A stretch of DNA of 64,000 nucleotides from Chiloscyllium plagiosum (lineage: Eukaryota): the NCBI RefSeq assembly GCF_004010195.1, contig NC_057750.1, forward strand, positions 192,734 to 256,733. Direction: 5' to 3'. Shown here piece after piece: positions 63,038-64,000 of the stretch (positions are counted from its first letter, which is position 1; each line of letters opens with the position of its first letter). The notes under the pieces were generated by a model. It was not told the origin of the DNA. It did not search any database and saw nothing but the letters and a program-made list of their open reading frames with translations. The position numbers and the translations under genes are program-made.

Positions 63038-63297
63038 ACTGTCTGTGAGGAGTTTGCACACTCTCCTTGTGTCTACATTGGTTTCCTCTGGGTGCTCCAT
63101 TTTCCTCCCACAGTCCAAAATGTGCAGGTTAGGTGGATTGGCCATGCTAAATTGCCTATAGCATGCAGGCTAGGTGGAGTAATCATTAGAAATGCAGGGT
63201 TACAAAGATAGGTCTGGATGGGATGCTGTTCGGAGGGTCAATATGGATGCGATGGACTGAATGGCCTGCTTCCACAATGCAGGGATTCTATGACTAC
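63038..63297 (+). mobile_element. HE1-type V-SINE, 5'-truncated
   Basis: ggagtttgcacactctcc..ggattggccatgctaaattgcc..gggattctatgact. Confidence 0.87.
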
Positions 63298-64000
63298 AAA
63301 AACAGAGTCGAGGTTCCAGTTGGCCCACCTGATTCTTCGGCATTGCTGAGAAGAACAACAGGATTACAGGATGGATTGTACAATTTAAAGATTGCAGATT
63401 GGAATTTAACACAGCAAATATTAAAGGGGTTTGCTCACAATCAGTATTGCCTGATCTTCAAGCCTGATTTTCAAAATCAGTTATTTACAGACAGATGCAG
63501 AAGATGAAAACAATGTTATTCCATAACATTTCTGTATTTACATCAAATTCTTCTTTCCTCCTTTTTAACAGGTTTTACCCATTTTAAGTAAATTACATTC
63601 TGTTAGCATCAATTAGAATGAAACTTGAAATTGTCCCTGGTGATGTCCCATCTAGATGGGGTTACACACCGAGTTCGAAATGAAAATGTGCTCTAACAGT
63701 CAGCAGCGTTAAATCCTGAAACCTTGGTAAACAGGATTAACAAAGCAGAGAATTAATATTTCCCACAGCCAACACTTCCCCAAATTCGTTGTAGTGAAAT
63801 GCGTTGTCTTACAGTTGAAACTGATGTAACGATCAATTAACTGAATCAATAGTTTGCCAGGATTTGAGCAAGTGCAGGATTAACCCATGCTCACTCAAAT
63901 AAATGTCCCATCAGCTTGTTAAAGGAGACAAATAACCACAGCCATTGCTCTGAGAATCACAGACCAGGTATGAGTTATGAGCTAATAACTTTCTACTTGA

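Overview
Non-coding, repeat-dense vertebrate DNA. The repeat content (HE1-type V-SINEs, CR1/HER1-type LINEs, Penelope-like elements) points to a cartilaginous fish, probably a shark; this is inferred from repeats only. No host protein-coding gene can be supported. Nearly all long ORFs are retrotransposon fragments, antisense shadows of them, microsatellite read-through or N-gap artefacts (gaps at 3396-3969 and 42814-43183). The window contains many CR1 LINE copies, including two long decayed ORF2 copies, fragments of a second older non-LTR family, about ten HE1 SINEs and three other SINE families. It also holds four solo LTRs with target-site duplications (TSDs), a Tx1-like 3' end, two decayed Harbinger Myb/SANT-like genes and several Penelope-like element (PLE) families. 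The most notable signal is a set of short, TSD-flanked, fold-back PLE insertions from at least three sequence families. They carry minimal hammerhead ribozyme motifs whose stems co-vary and whose helix III is reduced to a 4-nt palindrome. Coordinates were read by eye and element edges are approximate unless a TSD is given.
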